The notes under the pieces are model-generated. The model was not told the DNA's origin. It did no database searches and saw only the letters and a program-made list of their open reading frames with translations. Shown piece by piece: positions 39,801 through 51,753 of a stretch of 64,000 nt of DNA. The first letter of the stretch is position 1. Each line of letters opens with the position of its first letter. The DNA comes from Pavona decussata (Eukaryota). Position numbers and translations under genes: made by a program. The stretch spans positions 62,001-126,000 of the forward strand of contig CDRNST010000056.1 in the NCBI GenBank assembly GCA_977016875.1, written 5' to 3'.

Positions 39801-42774
39801 AATAAATGGGTCACTATGGGACTAGCTATGCACTTGTTTGGTATCTACTAAAACAAGTGTCCATAGATGTCAGTAAATAATTGTTAGTTGTTTACTGCTT
39901 TTACACTCAGCAAAGAATACCAAGTGTTACCTTTCAATATCTGAGTTCCTTATAATCTGATGATCTAGACTGGTTTCGCAAAATTGCATTTTCATATATT
40001 GACATTTTTCCCCACGTTTCTGTATCTACCGGGTCTGTCTTGAATTACGTCGTGATTAATTTGATCTCCTCGGGCCATCCAGGTTACTTTTTTCGTTTCT
40101 TTTAAGGCAGATGCCTTAGTAGAAAAGGTTGACTTCTCTCTAACTGTACAATACCACAAAGGAAGGGATAAGATCAGAAAAACGTCTCACTTTTCCGGAT
40201 ATAAAGTTTTATCTCAGTGTACTGTTGGGAATTTGCTGGTTAATTTTATTTCCTGGCGTCGCAAAAGTGGAGCTGCGCTTAAGTCACTGCAGACTATAAG
40301 AACTTGTCACCGATCGTAGGTAAGTAGCATTTTCAATTAACAGAACGCGAAACTCATTACTGACACGCATGCAGGCGTCTCGTCTACCTTCATTTATCAC
40401 TACGTCCTCTTTTTCCTGGCCTCTAGATAAATGCCAGTTTTTCATTCAGCTTAGAGCAAAACTTACTTCTGATTACTTAGGATGAAGTTACTTTTCCTGT
40501 TTAGGTGGTTTAACACAAAGGTGATCCCTCTGTTTGTTGCTGTTTTAACAGCAGGAACTATTTAAAAAAAAACTCTTATCGGTCAGGAAATCGTTCTATT
40601 TTTATTTTTTATTTTTAATCGAGAGAAACGTTTATCTCCAGGAGTTTGCATTTCCTGTCTTCTCCCGTGCACTCGCTGTAGCGTAGAACTCTCAATTGAT
40701 ACACTATTTGCATTGTTTTGCTGTTCATGCTGTGGCCAGGCATATTGTTTCTACACTTATAGCTTTGCGGCAGATCTTATCCAAAGACTTGTTGAGGCAT
40801 ATAGTTATTGAATAAAAGGATGGTTATGAGCCAGACAAACGTCTTTGTTATATGTTTTTGTTAGCATTTTTGGCCTTGACCGCGCACAGACCATAAGAGA
40901 TTTTGAAATGTGTTAAAGCAACTGACCAATAGAAACGTTCCTGTCAAGATATTCAAATGTAGGGCGGTGGATATTAAAACAAAAGACAGTGCACGGTCGC
41001 GGCCCTTCCAACACTAAATTTGCAGCACCATTGTTGCCATGGCAAGGTTAACGATAACCAGTTCCTCGATTTACTGTTGGGGCTATTTCCAGAGATTGGT
41101 TTGTCCCACGAATTCACTGAAACAGGTTCGAAGCGAAGGAAAAATTATCCCTTAGAAATTTAAGTCAGTGTCACTTTGCGGGAAATTTTCGTGGGACACT
41201 TCTTGTCCTAGGGATTTGCGTGTTGACCTTTTATCCACGGAACCCTAATTGGATGCATTATAATTAACGTAAATTCCTTTCAAATGACTTCAACACAATT
41301 TTCGGTTTCCTAAAATATTCCCTAGTGTCGGCTTTGACTCACAGCCTACACTCTGGAAGAATTTGAATCCGCCGGGTCTAGAATTTGTCGGCTTCTGTTC
41401 GATCTATCACAGCCATTTTGTCGTTCTTGTGTCTCTGCTATGACTCGGAGTCAACGCAAAAAGTGGATTCCCAAAGGAGGAGCAAGCCACCTTAGCGACT
41501 TCTACAGGTACAACTGGACCATAGTTTTTTTACTTTTTCCATAAAAGGCGACATGGAGTCTTTCGGCTTAAAAAAGAAAACAAATCTTAAATCAAAATTG
41601 TTGTCATTAAATTGAATTCAACACATCAATACTTTAATAGTGCTTAACGATCCTTTGTATCGGCCGCTATCGGGATGAAATTTCATTGTTTAATAATCTC
41701 AGCAAGATAATCCTCACAAAAGAAAGACCCGCAAAATCTAGAAACTTCTTCTCAAATTATCGCTGACTTTAAATGCTGATCACTCTTGAGGAATTTGTTT
41801 GCCTTCATTTCACAAAGAACAGTTGAGACAAATTCATTTAATTTGCTTGAATATTTGGTTGCTGTACTTGATGTAGACCGCAGTTCATGGTTTTCCATGA
41901 CTGGGAATTGAAAATACGACTATGATCATCGAAGCTTGATCGTTGTGGCGAGAATAAAGGCCAACATCAAGGCTGAACGCACTTGAAACTGCTTTAAAGA
42001 CAGGCTAAACTAACAGTTGGGGTGTGTCCTCTCAAGAGGTGCTTAGGTTTGAATCTATGGTTTAAACCTACCAGAGTGCAGACTATTTCAATATGAGCTG
42101 TTAATAATCGAGAAGTGTTTTCCGGTGGTACAGTTCCGTTTTTCAACTGCTACCAAGTGGATACTCTAGTAGAGCTATGTGATGCTATTTTCCTATGGTG
42201 CGGTTCCCGTTTTTCAATTGCTACCGAGTGGATACTGCAGTAGAGCTATGCATGATGCTATCCTGGTAGTCCGTTTGGAGGTACTCACAGAGTTAAGGCG
42301 ATCATAAAACGGTTTTAGTAGTTGATCCACTTGAAACCACAATCAAAGCGGTACATGCATTACATTATAAAAGCCATACCGGCAAACGTTTTGCATAACT
42401 TGCATGCATAGACTGCCGTAACTACAGACTCAGTCTATCTTATTTCAGTGGCCATTTTGCAGAGCTCTTTGTTCTCCGGGGCGTGTTCTCCAGTTCTGGT
42501 TGTCTTTCACTTATTGGACCACGCAACTGATAGGAGCATTCTCCTTTTGGCTTGGGCTACCCCTTAACCCACAAGCGAAAAACCCGTTTGTTGACCATAG
42601 TTTAGACCCAAAGCACCCAAATGGTCGTTAGGAAGGAACTATTCAAACCGCCTTTTGGGTCGCAAATACCGTCAGTAAAGTTCATTGTGGATTGCTTGCA
42701 TCATCCCGATAGTTTTTATTATACCTATAAACATTGCCTTCAATTATGACTGACGACACTATTCACACACATTA

Positions 42775-43086
42775 AGGCCCGTTTAAACGGTTTCAACATT
42801 TGCCCAACATTTTGTTGAACGGATGTTGGGCAAATGTTGGACGAACGGAGTGTTCAAACGGTTTTAACACCATTCAACATTTTCAAGAACAAAAGAAATG
42901 TTGAAGCGATGTTGAATGAAAGTTTAAACCAGTTTAAATTTGACTCAACACACTTTCAACAAGCTTTCAACATTTTTTTGGCTCTTTCAACAATGTTGGA
43001 CGACCTGTTCAAATGCCTCCGACATTTGGTTCAACAAAGTGTTGAATGCATGTTGAAGCAAACATTGAAACCGTTTAAACGGGCCT
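42775..43086. mobile_element. PIF/Harbinger-type (Tourist-like) MITE
   Basis: TIR aggcccgtttaaacggtttcaa / ttgaaaccgtttaaacgggcct, TTA TSD on both sides, internal caaca/tgttg repeats. Confidence 0.92.
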
Positions 43087-43550
43087 TTAGTTCCTCCAAA
43101 TCGTAACCAAACGGACGAAAACTAGGGTTCTAAGAGCATAAGAGTTTTCCTCTTCAGTGAGATTGCCGCGACAACAGGCAGGGACAATAACGCCCTTCGA
43201 AGGCTTCTCAAAAAGGACTTTATCGTGCTTTCAGCCGATTGCAAGAGCTTTAATTTGAAGGCAAATAAAAATTCAGGAAAGCCGATTACGGTAAAAAGCT
43301 CACAAAGTTTGCAAAGAAGAATTTTGAGTTTCAAAATATAATTTTGAACCGTTTTTATTGATCAGTCTCCTTCTCACTCGCCGGGTTTTAGAACCTTTTG
43401 TATAGTTGCTGGACTCCCCACCAGACTGCATGACACTGATAATTACGATATCTCAAAACATGGGATATTATAACATAATGGACCATAGAATATTACATTT
43501 TTAGTGTGTGTTCGTTGAATACTTAGTTGAGTTTTCTCCTCTTGTATTTA

Positions 43551-43787
43551 CAATGCGACGCGCCTTACCGTGGCCACCCAACAATTTTTTTTACAAGTTA
43601 GCCAATCAGGATACGCGAATTTTATTAACGGGCACATCTCCTTGAAAAGTCTAACAGGCAAGTGACGCAACAACGAATTATTGAAAACATGTCGGTTTGT
43701 ATTTTATGAACAAGGAGGGAGATATCCTGATTGGCTAACTTGTAAAAAACCGTTTGTTGGGTGGCCACGGTAAGGCGCTTCGCACTG
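43551..43787. mobile_element. Tc1/mariner-type MITE
   Basis: ~62 bp TIRs caatgcgacgcgccttaccgtggccacccaaca...agccaatcaggata and its reverse complement; TA on both flanks. Confidence 0.88.
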
Positions 43788-44659
43788 TAAAAGAAACTGA
43801 CTGGGAATCACTGACATTTGGACAATTAAATATTCACTAATTTTGGCGGGTAACGAACAAGTGAATAAAAGTTGACAAGGATAGAACAAAGTTATCTTAA
43901 TTGCCCAAATTTCGTGCACTAGTGAATACATTATATCATAGGTTTTTAATGTATTTGTAATTACGCACGCAACAAAACACATATGACAAGGAATTAACTT
44001 GTCCAGATAAGCAAGAGCTAGCGAAACTAATGTAGGACAGCACCATACGACGGAACTAGAAAGTCCAAAGTCCAAATTCTATTATATCTAGTGGTTGAGC
44101 TTTGATAATACTTTGTATAAGTGTGATGTGTGCTAAGTACTCTTAAAAAAACCTCACCCCAATGTCACTTCAAAATAGTAGGTTTACCATGCACTAAAAT
44201 CTTTTTATCGGTTCTTTGGAGAGCTCTACTTCCACCAAATCCGTTGGAACTGACTAATTCCCTTTAAATTTCAAGAGAGATAAATAAGTTGCACCGCCTC
44301 AAAGTCTCCTGAAATAATTGACATTTTATCAGACCAAAAAGGCAAAAGCTTTTGCAAGCATTTTACAGGTTTCCTGACATACTCAAGGTTTGTGTTGGGA
44401 TCTTGAAAGTGAAGCTTGATGAAAAGCGATGACGGAACTGAGCGAGATAAATGGCCTTTCTTTGGGGGTACTGCGGCCAGGAGTTAGTCAGAAACAGTAC
44501 GTAGACATCAAACAGGTGGGCTCTGGACATTCTCACTGACGTGAACTTTACCAAAGCGTGGGTCGAGACAAACATTTAGCTAGCAAGACGGAGATGGAAA
44601 AATGTGGCAAGAGTCAACTTTGGACTACGTGACTGAAAAGGAAAAACAAACAAGAGGCC

Positions 44660-44890
44660 CAATATATAGGGACTGGTACTATACCCTGTCTACTTAATTT
44701 TTGGACAGCCTAAACTTGATCCCAAGCCCCTAATTATAGATTATTGTTGTATCTCAACTCCAATTCTCGATTTCCCGGATTCCCTACTTTCACAGTATCC
44801 TGTATCTCTAATGATCCCTTCACATATCCGGTATCCCTAGAACTTTTTCCCCAGCATTCCCTGTCCCGATAAGCACTAAGATGGCCTCAA
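44660..44890. mobile_element. Old ATCCC-rich repeat remnant (related piece at ~8920-9000)
   Basis: tataggga... followed by multiple atccc/atccgg motifs, at the same position in units 1 and 4. Confidence 0.4.
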
Positions 44891-44897
44891 AAACCGT

Positions 44898-45452
44898 GTT
44901 GAGTGTCCATCGTCAAGAAGATCTTAAGTTGAACACTCATGTCGAAAATATTACAAAGAACGCCAGTAAGAGGCTATTTCATTTACGTGATTGCAGAGAG
45001 GCTGTCCTATCTATGGAGGTGGGGCTCACAATGTACTGCTCTTGTTGTAAGCATCGCTCACATGGGCGTTTTACCTGTACCTAGATAATGAGTTTGAACG
45101 TGTGCAGAAAAACCTCGTGGCTGTTATTGGCGCTCAACAGAATATGTTTGATAAGCTAAGCGTGGACTAGTATACTAGCGAACGAACCACATCCATGTAA
45201 TACGTACATACAACACTGCACACAAATAAGCTCAAATACAACATGAGAACCAAATGCACATGTATCGACTTTTCCACCATAATTCGTGGCTTAATTCCGC
45301 GGTTGCATCCATCATTTACATTTTTTGTTGCATATGTTTTTACTAATTAATTTTACTTACTTTTTTATTAATTTTTTTTACTTCTTATTTTTCCATTTGT
45401 ACAATTATTGCAAATTTTAATCTAAACGTGGTTTCATTAAAGATTTACTTAC
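44898..45452 (+). mobile_element. 5'-truncated non-LTR retrotransposon (CR1/L2-group) 3' fragment
   Basis: Translation LSVHRQEDLKLNTHVENITKNASKRLFHLRDCREA..LTMYCS matches the post-RT pattern LGVxxxxDLxWxxHVxxIxxKAxKRL. T-rich 3' UTR ends in attaaagatttacttac. Confidence 0.85.
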
Positions 45453-48319
45453 AAACACGGGAACAAACAACTCAAAAACGTTCATGCTGCAATTGACACT
45501 TTCCTTTGCACCTTGCCATAAAAGTTTATTAAGTGTACTAGGGTACCACCGTACAATATGATAACTGTGTGTTTGTAACCTGACTGGAAATGCGTAACAG
45601 GATCTTAAAACTCTGAAGATTATAGGAAAGCTGCACTTTTAGACTTTCAGACTTCACTGCGGAAATGAACCCTTAAGGTCAATCTACACTCAACGGAAGT
45701 CTGGAGGATACAACTGTTAAATGAATTCCTGAAGCAAAAATTAATATACCATTCGTGTTCCTTTGAATATCGGAAATGTCTATATCTATCTACATCGAAA
45801 ATGCATTGAACATAACGAAGAAAGTTAGCAACGCCGTTTAATGATCTGCCATCTATGTATATATATTGATCAGTATACTGCATCAATGTTCAAAGTTACA
45901 ACAGTTAACTAAGGGCTCCGGGAACAAGAAATTGTTCTTTGGTCGATGACAAGAGAGGCGCCAAAGGCATAGAAAAGTAAATCATCCCCTGATTAAAAAA
46001 CTGCACGTTTGAAAAGAACCAGTGGAGAGCTTTCATTTCAATGACAAAACACCGTATTTTTTCATCCACTGACTAAATTAAAAGTCAAGAGTGAATTTTC
46101 GATATGTGAGTGGCCGGGGTAGAAGTGCAGAAGTGTAAGTACCCAAGGCTGGCATATGTTATTCTCACAAGTTTGAATTTGTTCAAACACGCGGCGACGA
46201 AATGTAGCTATGTGCAATAACACCCTGTACAGAAATTGAATGTGTGATCTCATAAGATGGCAAACTAAATCCTAGACAAATAATCTTGTTAAAGTAATTC
46301 AGTAAGCAATCGAGCAAAGGTTACAAGGCGAAGCCTGAAATATCAGACAAAAAAGCACAGCTTGTAAAGTTCTCTGGCTGACTACCTCAGTCTTGAGACT
46401 TTACGTAACCAACGCCATGTCCTTGGGCTACCGCTCTTTAGCTTTTCCTGTCAGTTTATTTCAAGGCAGCTCTTTTCGTAGGAAATGGATAACCTCTTTC
46501 AAACTGTGCACTATTTCACAGCGAGAGAAAGGCCAGAAACGGGCTTCTCATTATTTGTTAAAAATTAAAGTTCTCCGGCATCGTAATAGTGGAACGCCAC
46601 CTGCTTTAGTTTTAAATGAGTGATTGCAACAATGAAAAGAAACTTTCGTAAAATTATATAAGATAGACCCGAATGTCATACTTATGCAGATGCCCATACG
46701 TAAATGTTCATTTTAATTTACGTTGCGTCCATTTGCAGACGTAAACGGACTTTGAGGAGACTGTAGTCTTTTTAGAGTCTAACCAGATCGCAAAAAGAGA
46801 GAGAGAGGCTGTTCGCTTTATCGGAATTTTTGAATCGCACAGCCCCGATTAGCTAATGACCTAATCAATAGTCAAACACCAGGGAGCCAAGTTCATACTC
46901 AAACTCACTGTAGCAAGTATAAGTATTGTAAACTAGCAAAATTGTAGGTAGGGAACATGATCTCAGAGCGGGCAATTGACTACTGCTGTCTCTTACGAAA
47001 ATTTCCATTTACCAATACCTCTTCTTCTGGTCTCTTGATGTTATTTTACCATTCAGCTTAAGATAGAGTTACTTTTCCTGTTTGGGTCGTTAAACAGAAT
47101 ATGAGCTGTCTTTTCGTTACTATTTTAACAGTAAGAACTAATTGAAACAGCTCAGATCGGTCAGGAAATCTCTTTTTACATTTTGGAGAAATGTTTATCT
47201 TCATGCAGTTCCTTTATATACTGAAGTTACGTTTCCTGTCGTCTCCTGTACATTCTCTGATTTCATGTACTGATTCCGTGTAGTATCTTTGAGGTCGGAA
47301 AAGTGTAGCTTATCTGCATGCGTTGTTGTGCCATTCATGTTACTGTATTTTCGATTGTTTGTGAACGTTTAGCTTAATCACAGAATATCTCAGTTATCGT
47401 CAGACTTCTTTGTTTCCCTCTGACTGCCCTTTGTGCATAGTTAGACAGAGGGAAGGATGTACATATGCGTTTTTCAGGCTGGAGGTAGATAAAAGAGTCG
47501 GGATTTCACACTGAGTTGAGCTACAGAAAAGGTGAAAAGGCGTGTCAAAATATCTCGAACAGGATCAACGGTAGGAGATGCACCATTTTCTATGAAGAAA
47601 GGGTCACCTTTTCTTTCAATAACGGTATCATCAACACCCATTCCTGGATGTAGATCAGTTTAGGCTATAGTGTTAATTATAAAGTCGTTTGAATGAAAAT
47701 ATAAACTTAGATCTAAGTGTTTTTGTGGCTCCAGTTTAATCCCTCTTCTAGCAAAATGTTTTACTGGTTCTTCAGACTTCTGGCTGTTCCTTGCATGCCC
47801 TAATTTAAGCGACTTAATCGAAAGTCTATCAACCAAGAAAACTAAAACATTCCAGAATTTCCTTTTCCAAAATCAGGAAAATATCGAACAAAGACCTTCC
47901 ATTAAAGTACTTACTGTTGTAGTGAGCAGCGCTCATCACAGTGGCCGGATCACGCTGGCTCCGAAAACTTAGCAGCATCAATTACCAAGGGAAAGCCGAG
48001 TTTACTCTGGCAGTTTGAGTTAACCGGCTTGATTACAGGGAACATTGCGTGGTCTGATGGCTCTCTTCATGTCTCTGTAAACAGACAGTTCGAGCACATC
48101 ATACTAAGTACTAATACAGACATACAGGGACTTAGCCTTTAGGCTATTACTTATCATTTGGATCCACAGCAGGATATACTGAAGAACCTGCTGTAGCTTT
48201 AAAACTGAAACAGGTTCTAAATCCTGAGGATAATGTTTGAGTTAAACTCAGGATCAGTCATACTTGAGTGATAGGTCCCCATCAGACTTAGAGAATGTTT
48301 TCGAGAAACAATTCGATTA

Positions 48320-48490
48320 CGTAAAGAAATGGCCTTAGCTCCCACTTGTCTAGTCTCCTGTAGCTAGCTCAGTGGTAGAGTATCCGAACTAATAATCGGA
48401 AGGTCGTAGGTTTGACTCCAGTTGGGAGAACTGGGATTTTCTTTTTAAGTTCACAGTATCTTGTCAAAATACGTACCGTATTTCTATTGA
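48320..48490 (+). mobile_element. tRNA-derived SINE-like repeat / tRNA pseudogene
   Basis: A box tagctcagtggtagag (48365-48380), anticodon-like stem tccga..tcgga with an 8 nt loop, degenerate B box ggtttgactcc; no proper acceptor stem. Confidence 0.7.
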
Positions 48491-48569
48491 CCATTTATAA
48501 ATTTAAGCTACTTCGATCTCGAAGTAGACTCTCGAGAGTCCCAGAATGGGATAATTTTAGTCCGTGGAA

Positions 48570-50890
48570 TTTTAAGACTGGGCCATTTAGAGTTATAACG
48601 TCGACATTGATCAGTCATTTTTAGGTGATTGTACTCCACTTGAATCCGCGAGCTACGAAGTCATGATGCCCTCACATTCTTGTATCCTCGCTGACTTTCA
48701 GTACTATCTGCAGGTTCTGGCCTATATTTTCTGCCGTGATCTATTAGCATAAGACGACATCAGTTTGCAACAGGAGTTTCATTTTCCTTTGTCACCAATT
48801 CACGACTGGGCATTGTAAGACTTAGAATGAGCAACCTCTCAAAACCTTTTCCAGAACTTCATTCCCATTTTTCAATCCAAATTGTCAACTGGTGACTTTA
48901 GAACAAGGCTTAGTTATCAGTTGGAAAAATTCCTGTTTTTCTAGTTGAGCCTCTCCATTTGAACTTGCAGCTTGAAAACAACCAAAGAGTCAAAATGCTT
49001 TTAAAAGCAGCTGAACACGATTTACAGGATCCTATATACATTATGAGCTCCCATGATACCAGAATTCAAACTGACTGGTTAGGTTACCCTATTACTGTAT
49101 AGGCTTGCTCTTGATGCTCTTGCTTAGGCTAAGGAGCTTGTTGACTTCTATCTTGCAATGAGGATAGCCTTGATTCAGAGGAGCTATTTAAAAAAGAATA
49201 ACCGACAAAGCCAAGGTGACACGATGCATGTGTATGGAGGTTTTGGTTTGAAATCGGGCATTGTTTGCCTATAGTGCCCTTCTTGATTTCCTCAGTTAAT
49301 TGTATGAAACGTCCGACTATGTTATGTCTTTATAGTCTTACCACCGTATGTTAAAAAATTTAAATACAATGTCTTTACTAGTCTTACAGTCCTAACATAT
49401 CTCCGAGGAGACCTCTCAGTATAAGCCCAGGGGTTTCTTGAGGTCTCCTCGTCACTTCTAACTTCTTCTAAATTACTATTATCATTCACTGTAGACTTAT
49501 GTAACATCCTAGTCTATTATTCACTGTAATTTTTTACGAATGTATGTCGTGGTGAATAAAATAAATAAATAAAAATAAATTGCTCTAAGCAGTGTCTACA
49601 CACATCCTCCTCGTTTCCAACAATATCGTTCGTTGTATTTACGTTAATTAAGCTTCAACTGCATGCGCCAGAAACTTGGAAATTTTCTTTTCCATCGACA
49701 CGAAGTATTTTTCTTTTACTCAATCGTTACAAAACGAAATGACCAAACATTACTCTGTCTAGCTCTCTCAAAAATTGTCGGCAACACAGGAGCAATGTTG
49801 TCTTGTTAAGTCAGTGCCTGCTTGTTAAAGGTCAGGATGACGTGTGTAATGTATAAGGGATTCTTCACCTTGTCTGGAGTAAACTTCTTATATATTTCGA
49901 CTTCAGGAATGTGATGAGCAGTTAAGGTTACCAGATTGTATTAATTAATACACTTTTCGGACTGAAAAAAGCGGAATAAGATTGAACGTAGAGAGACAGT
50001 GTATCATGCCCTCGATTGGCCTATTTTAGGACAAAGCAACCGATAACCGCGGTTTGGTGTGAAGTAACACTTAACTTACAGAGTCTCGCTATACCACATA
50101 GTCATGTCAAAACAGGCATGTGCAACATGACAGAAAATGCTTAAGCGCCTACATTTGTCAAACTTTCAGAGTGAAGTAGGGGAGTCGCAACCTAGCATAA
50201 ACTAGACGCAACTGACGAAAGTTTGGAGGATGTAAAATTTTAATGAATACCTGAAGAAAAAATTATTGACCATTCATGTGTTAAATATCGGAAATCGGTC
50301 TTGAGTGTAGTTAAGAAAATGCCCAGACAGGAACAACTTTTAATTATCAATAACAATCATTAGCGCCAAATAAGTAATTACTGCGGACAAGGGAACATGA
50401 GCCTTAAACAAGAGCCCCTTTTTATTGGCGGGGGCCAAAATTAAAATAAGATTTTTTTTTTTCAGAAAAGCAAACAGCACTAATTAAAAAGTAATGTTGA
50501 AAAGCTTTTATTCGATCGCTTACGAAATTATCACCGTCAAACTAAAAACTTAGAATAACATTACAAGAGTTAAGTTTTAGTTGTGCAATATCGGTTGTAA
50601 GTCTGCCGATGCAAAATGTTGAGGCTAATGCAAGGCTGATATAAATAATTGTTAGAATTTGTTAATTCAGTATACAAGAAAGTGATGAAATCTGCTACTG
50701 TGCTATATATAGCACGTTGTACAGAAACTTTGTGATCTCACACAGCAGACGAACACGCTGAGACTGCAAATAATCTCGTTAGAGTAATTCAGTAAGCTAA
50801 TCGCGCAAAGGTTACAGGTGAAGGAAATATCAGACGCAAACGCACAGCTTGCAAAGTTCTTTTGCAGTACTTAAGATGTTTATTTACGTC
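48570..50890 (+). repeat. Ancient non-coding tandem unit, copy 5 (partial, nearest SoxF)
   Basis: ccacttgaatcc block at ~48636, cctgaagaaaaaattattgaccattcatg at 50250, and a strongly conserved block at 50771-50888. Confidence 0.65.
49325..49579 (+). mobile_element. Probable LINE 3' end with (TAAA)n tail
   Basis: Ends tgtatgtcgtggtgaataaaataaataaataaaaataaa. Confidence 0.5.
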
Positions 50891-51344
50891 ATCCGTGGTT
50901 TTCCACCAGCCACTTTGCGGGTTTTACTTTTCTGTGAGTGCCATATACGATTGATACGTGCGGGATTACACTCTTATATTTCTGAGACTTGCTTTCTTTC
51001 ATGTAAATGATTCAGAGGCCGTGAGAACTCGCGCGATTCCACACGAGTTTGCGCAATGTTTTTATCTTTCGACTTGTCATGCACAAGAGCAAGTTCAAAA
51101 CCTTTTCCTCTACAGATTACCCTTGTTTAGTCTGTGTGGTTTGAACCATGGCCATCAGCCCATCGACTCTTGTTTGAACGTGTTTTCGAATGCAGCGTTT
51201 ACAATCAAACCGTTTCTGTTGTTTCTTCGCTGAAATTTTACAGCTCATTCCTAAAAATTTAGCCTTTTTTTAACTTATCCCAATTTACTAACTGTTTGCG
51301 CTTTTCATGTTACCGGTATGCCAGAATATACACTAGCTACTAGC

Positions 51345-51753
51345 TCAGTGGAGTTCCGTTATCTCAAACCCTTACAAGTACGGTTCGAGATAACGAATAC
51401 GGTGTCATATTACAAACTTTTTTTATTAACAAATATTGAAGGTTTATACTTGTTTCTAGACTACCACACTATCCATAAGCCACACTGTACGTCAGCCTTG
51501 TCACGAGCTTGCTTCTACAGTGCCTTTAAACGGTCACAGATCTGGGGGGTTAAACTGTGGGAAATCATTATTTTTAAGTGCGGCTAACCCCCCAAATGTT
51601 TGTCGATTAAATAAATTATCTTATCATTTGCAGCATTTCCTCGAGATATCGGAGTCTCGAAATAGCAGCACAACGACGCAAAGCCTAGCGTTGAGTTCGA
51701 GAAAACGGGAAGTTCTAGATAAGCTAGATTCGAGACCACAGAGCTCAATTGTA
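51345..51753. mobile_element. Degenerate Tc1/pogo-type MITE
   Basis: cagtggagttccgttatctc at the left, repeated ttcgagata-type motifs, right end gagctcaattg-TA. Confidence 0.45.

Larger units (their letters stand above)
23325..41312 (+). repeat. Large direct segmental duplication, copy B
   Basis: Matches 1-19276. It has an extra 2 kb element (29818-31868) and lacks A 6390-9746 and the MITE at 9799-10293. Confidence 0.95.
41670..47260 (+). repeat. Ancient non-coding tandem unit, copy 4 (most complete, interrupted by MITEs and a LINE)
   Basis: Blocks at 41709, 42131/42201, 42373, 44061, 45727, 46281 and 47050-47260. Confidence 0.8.

Noticed and set aside
48360-48432. Functional tRNA gene
   Set aside because: The acceptor stem does not pair, the anticodon loop is 8 nt and the T-loop is mutated; a SINE-like relic fits better.
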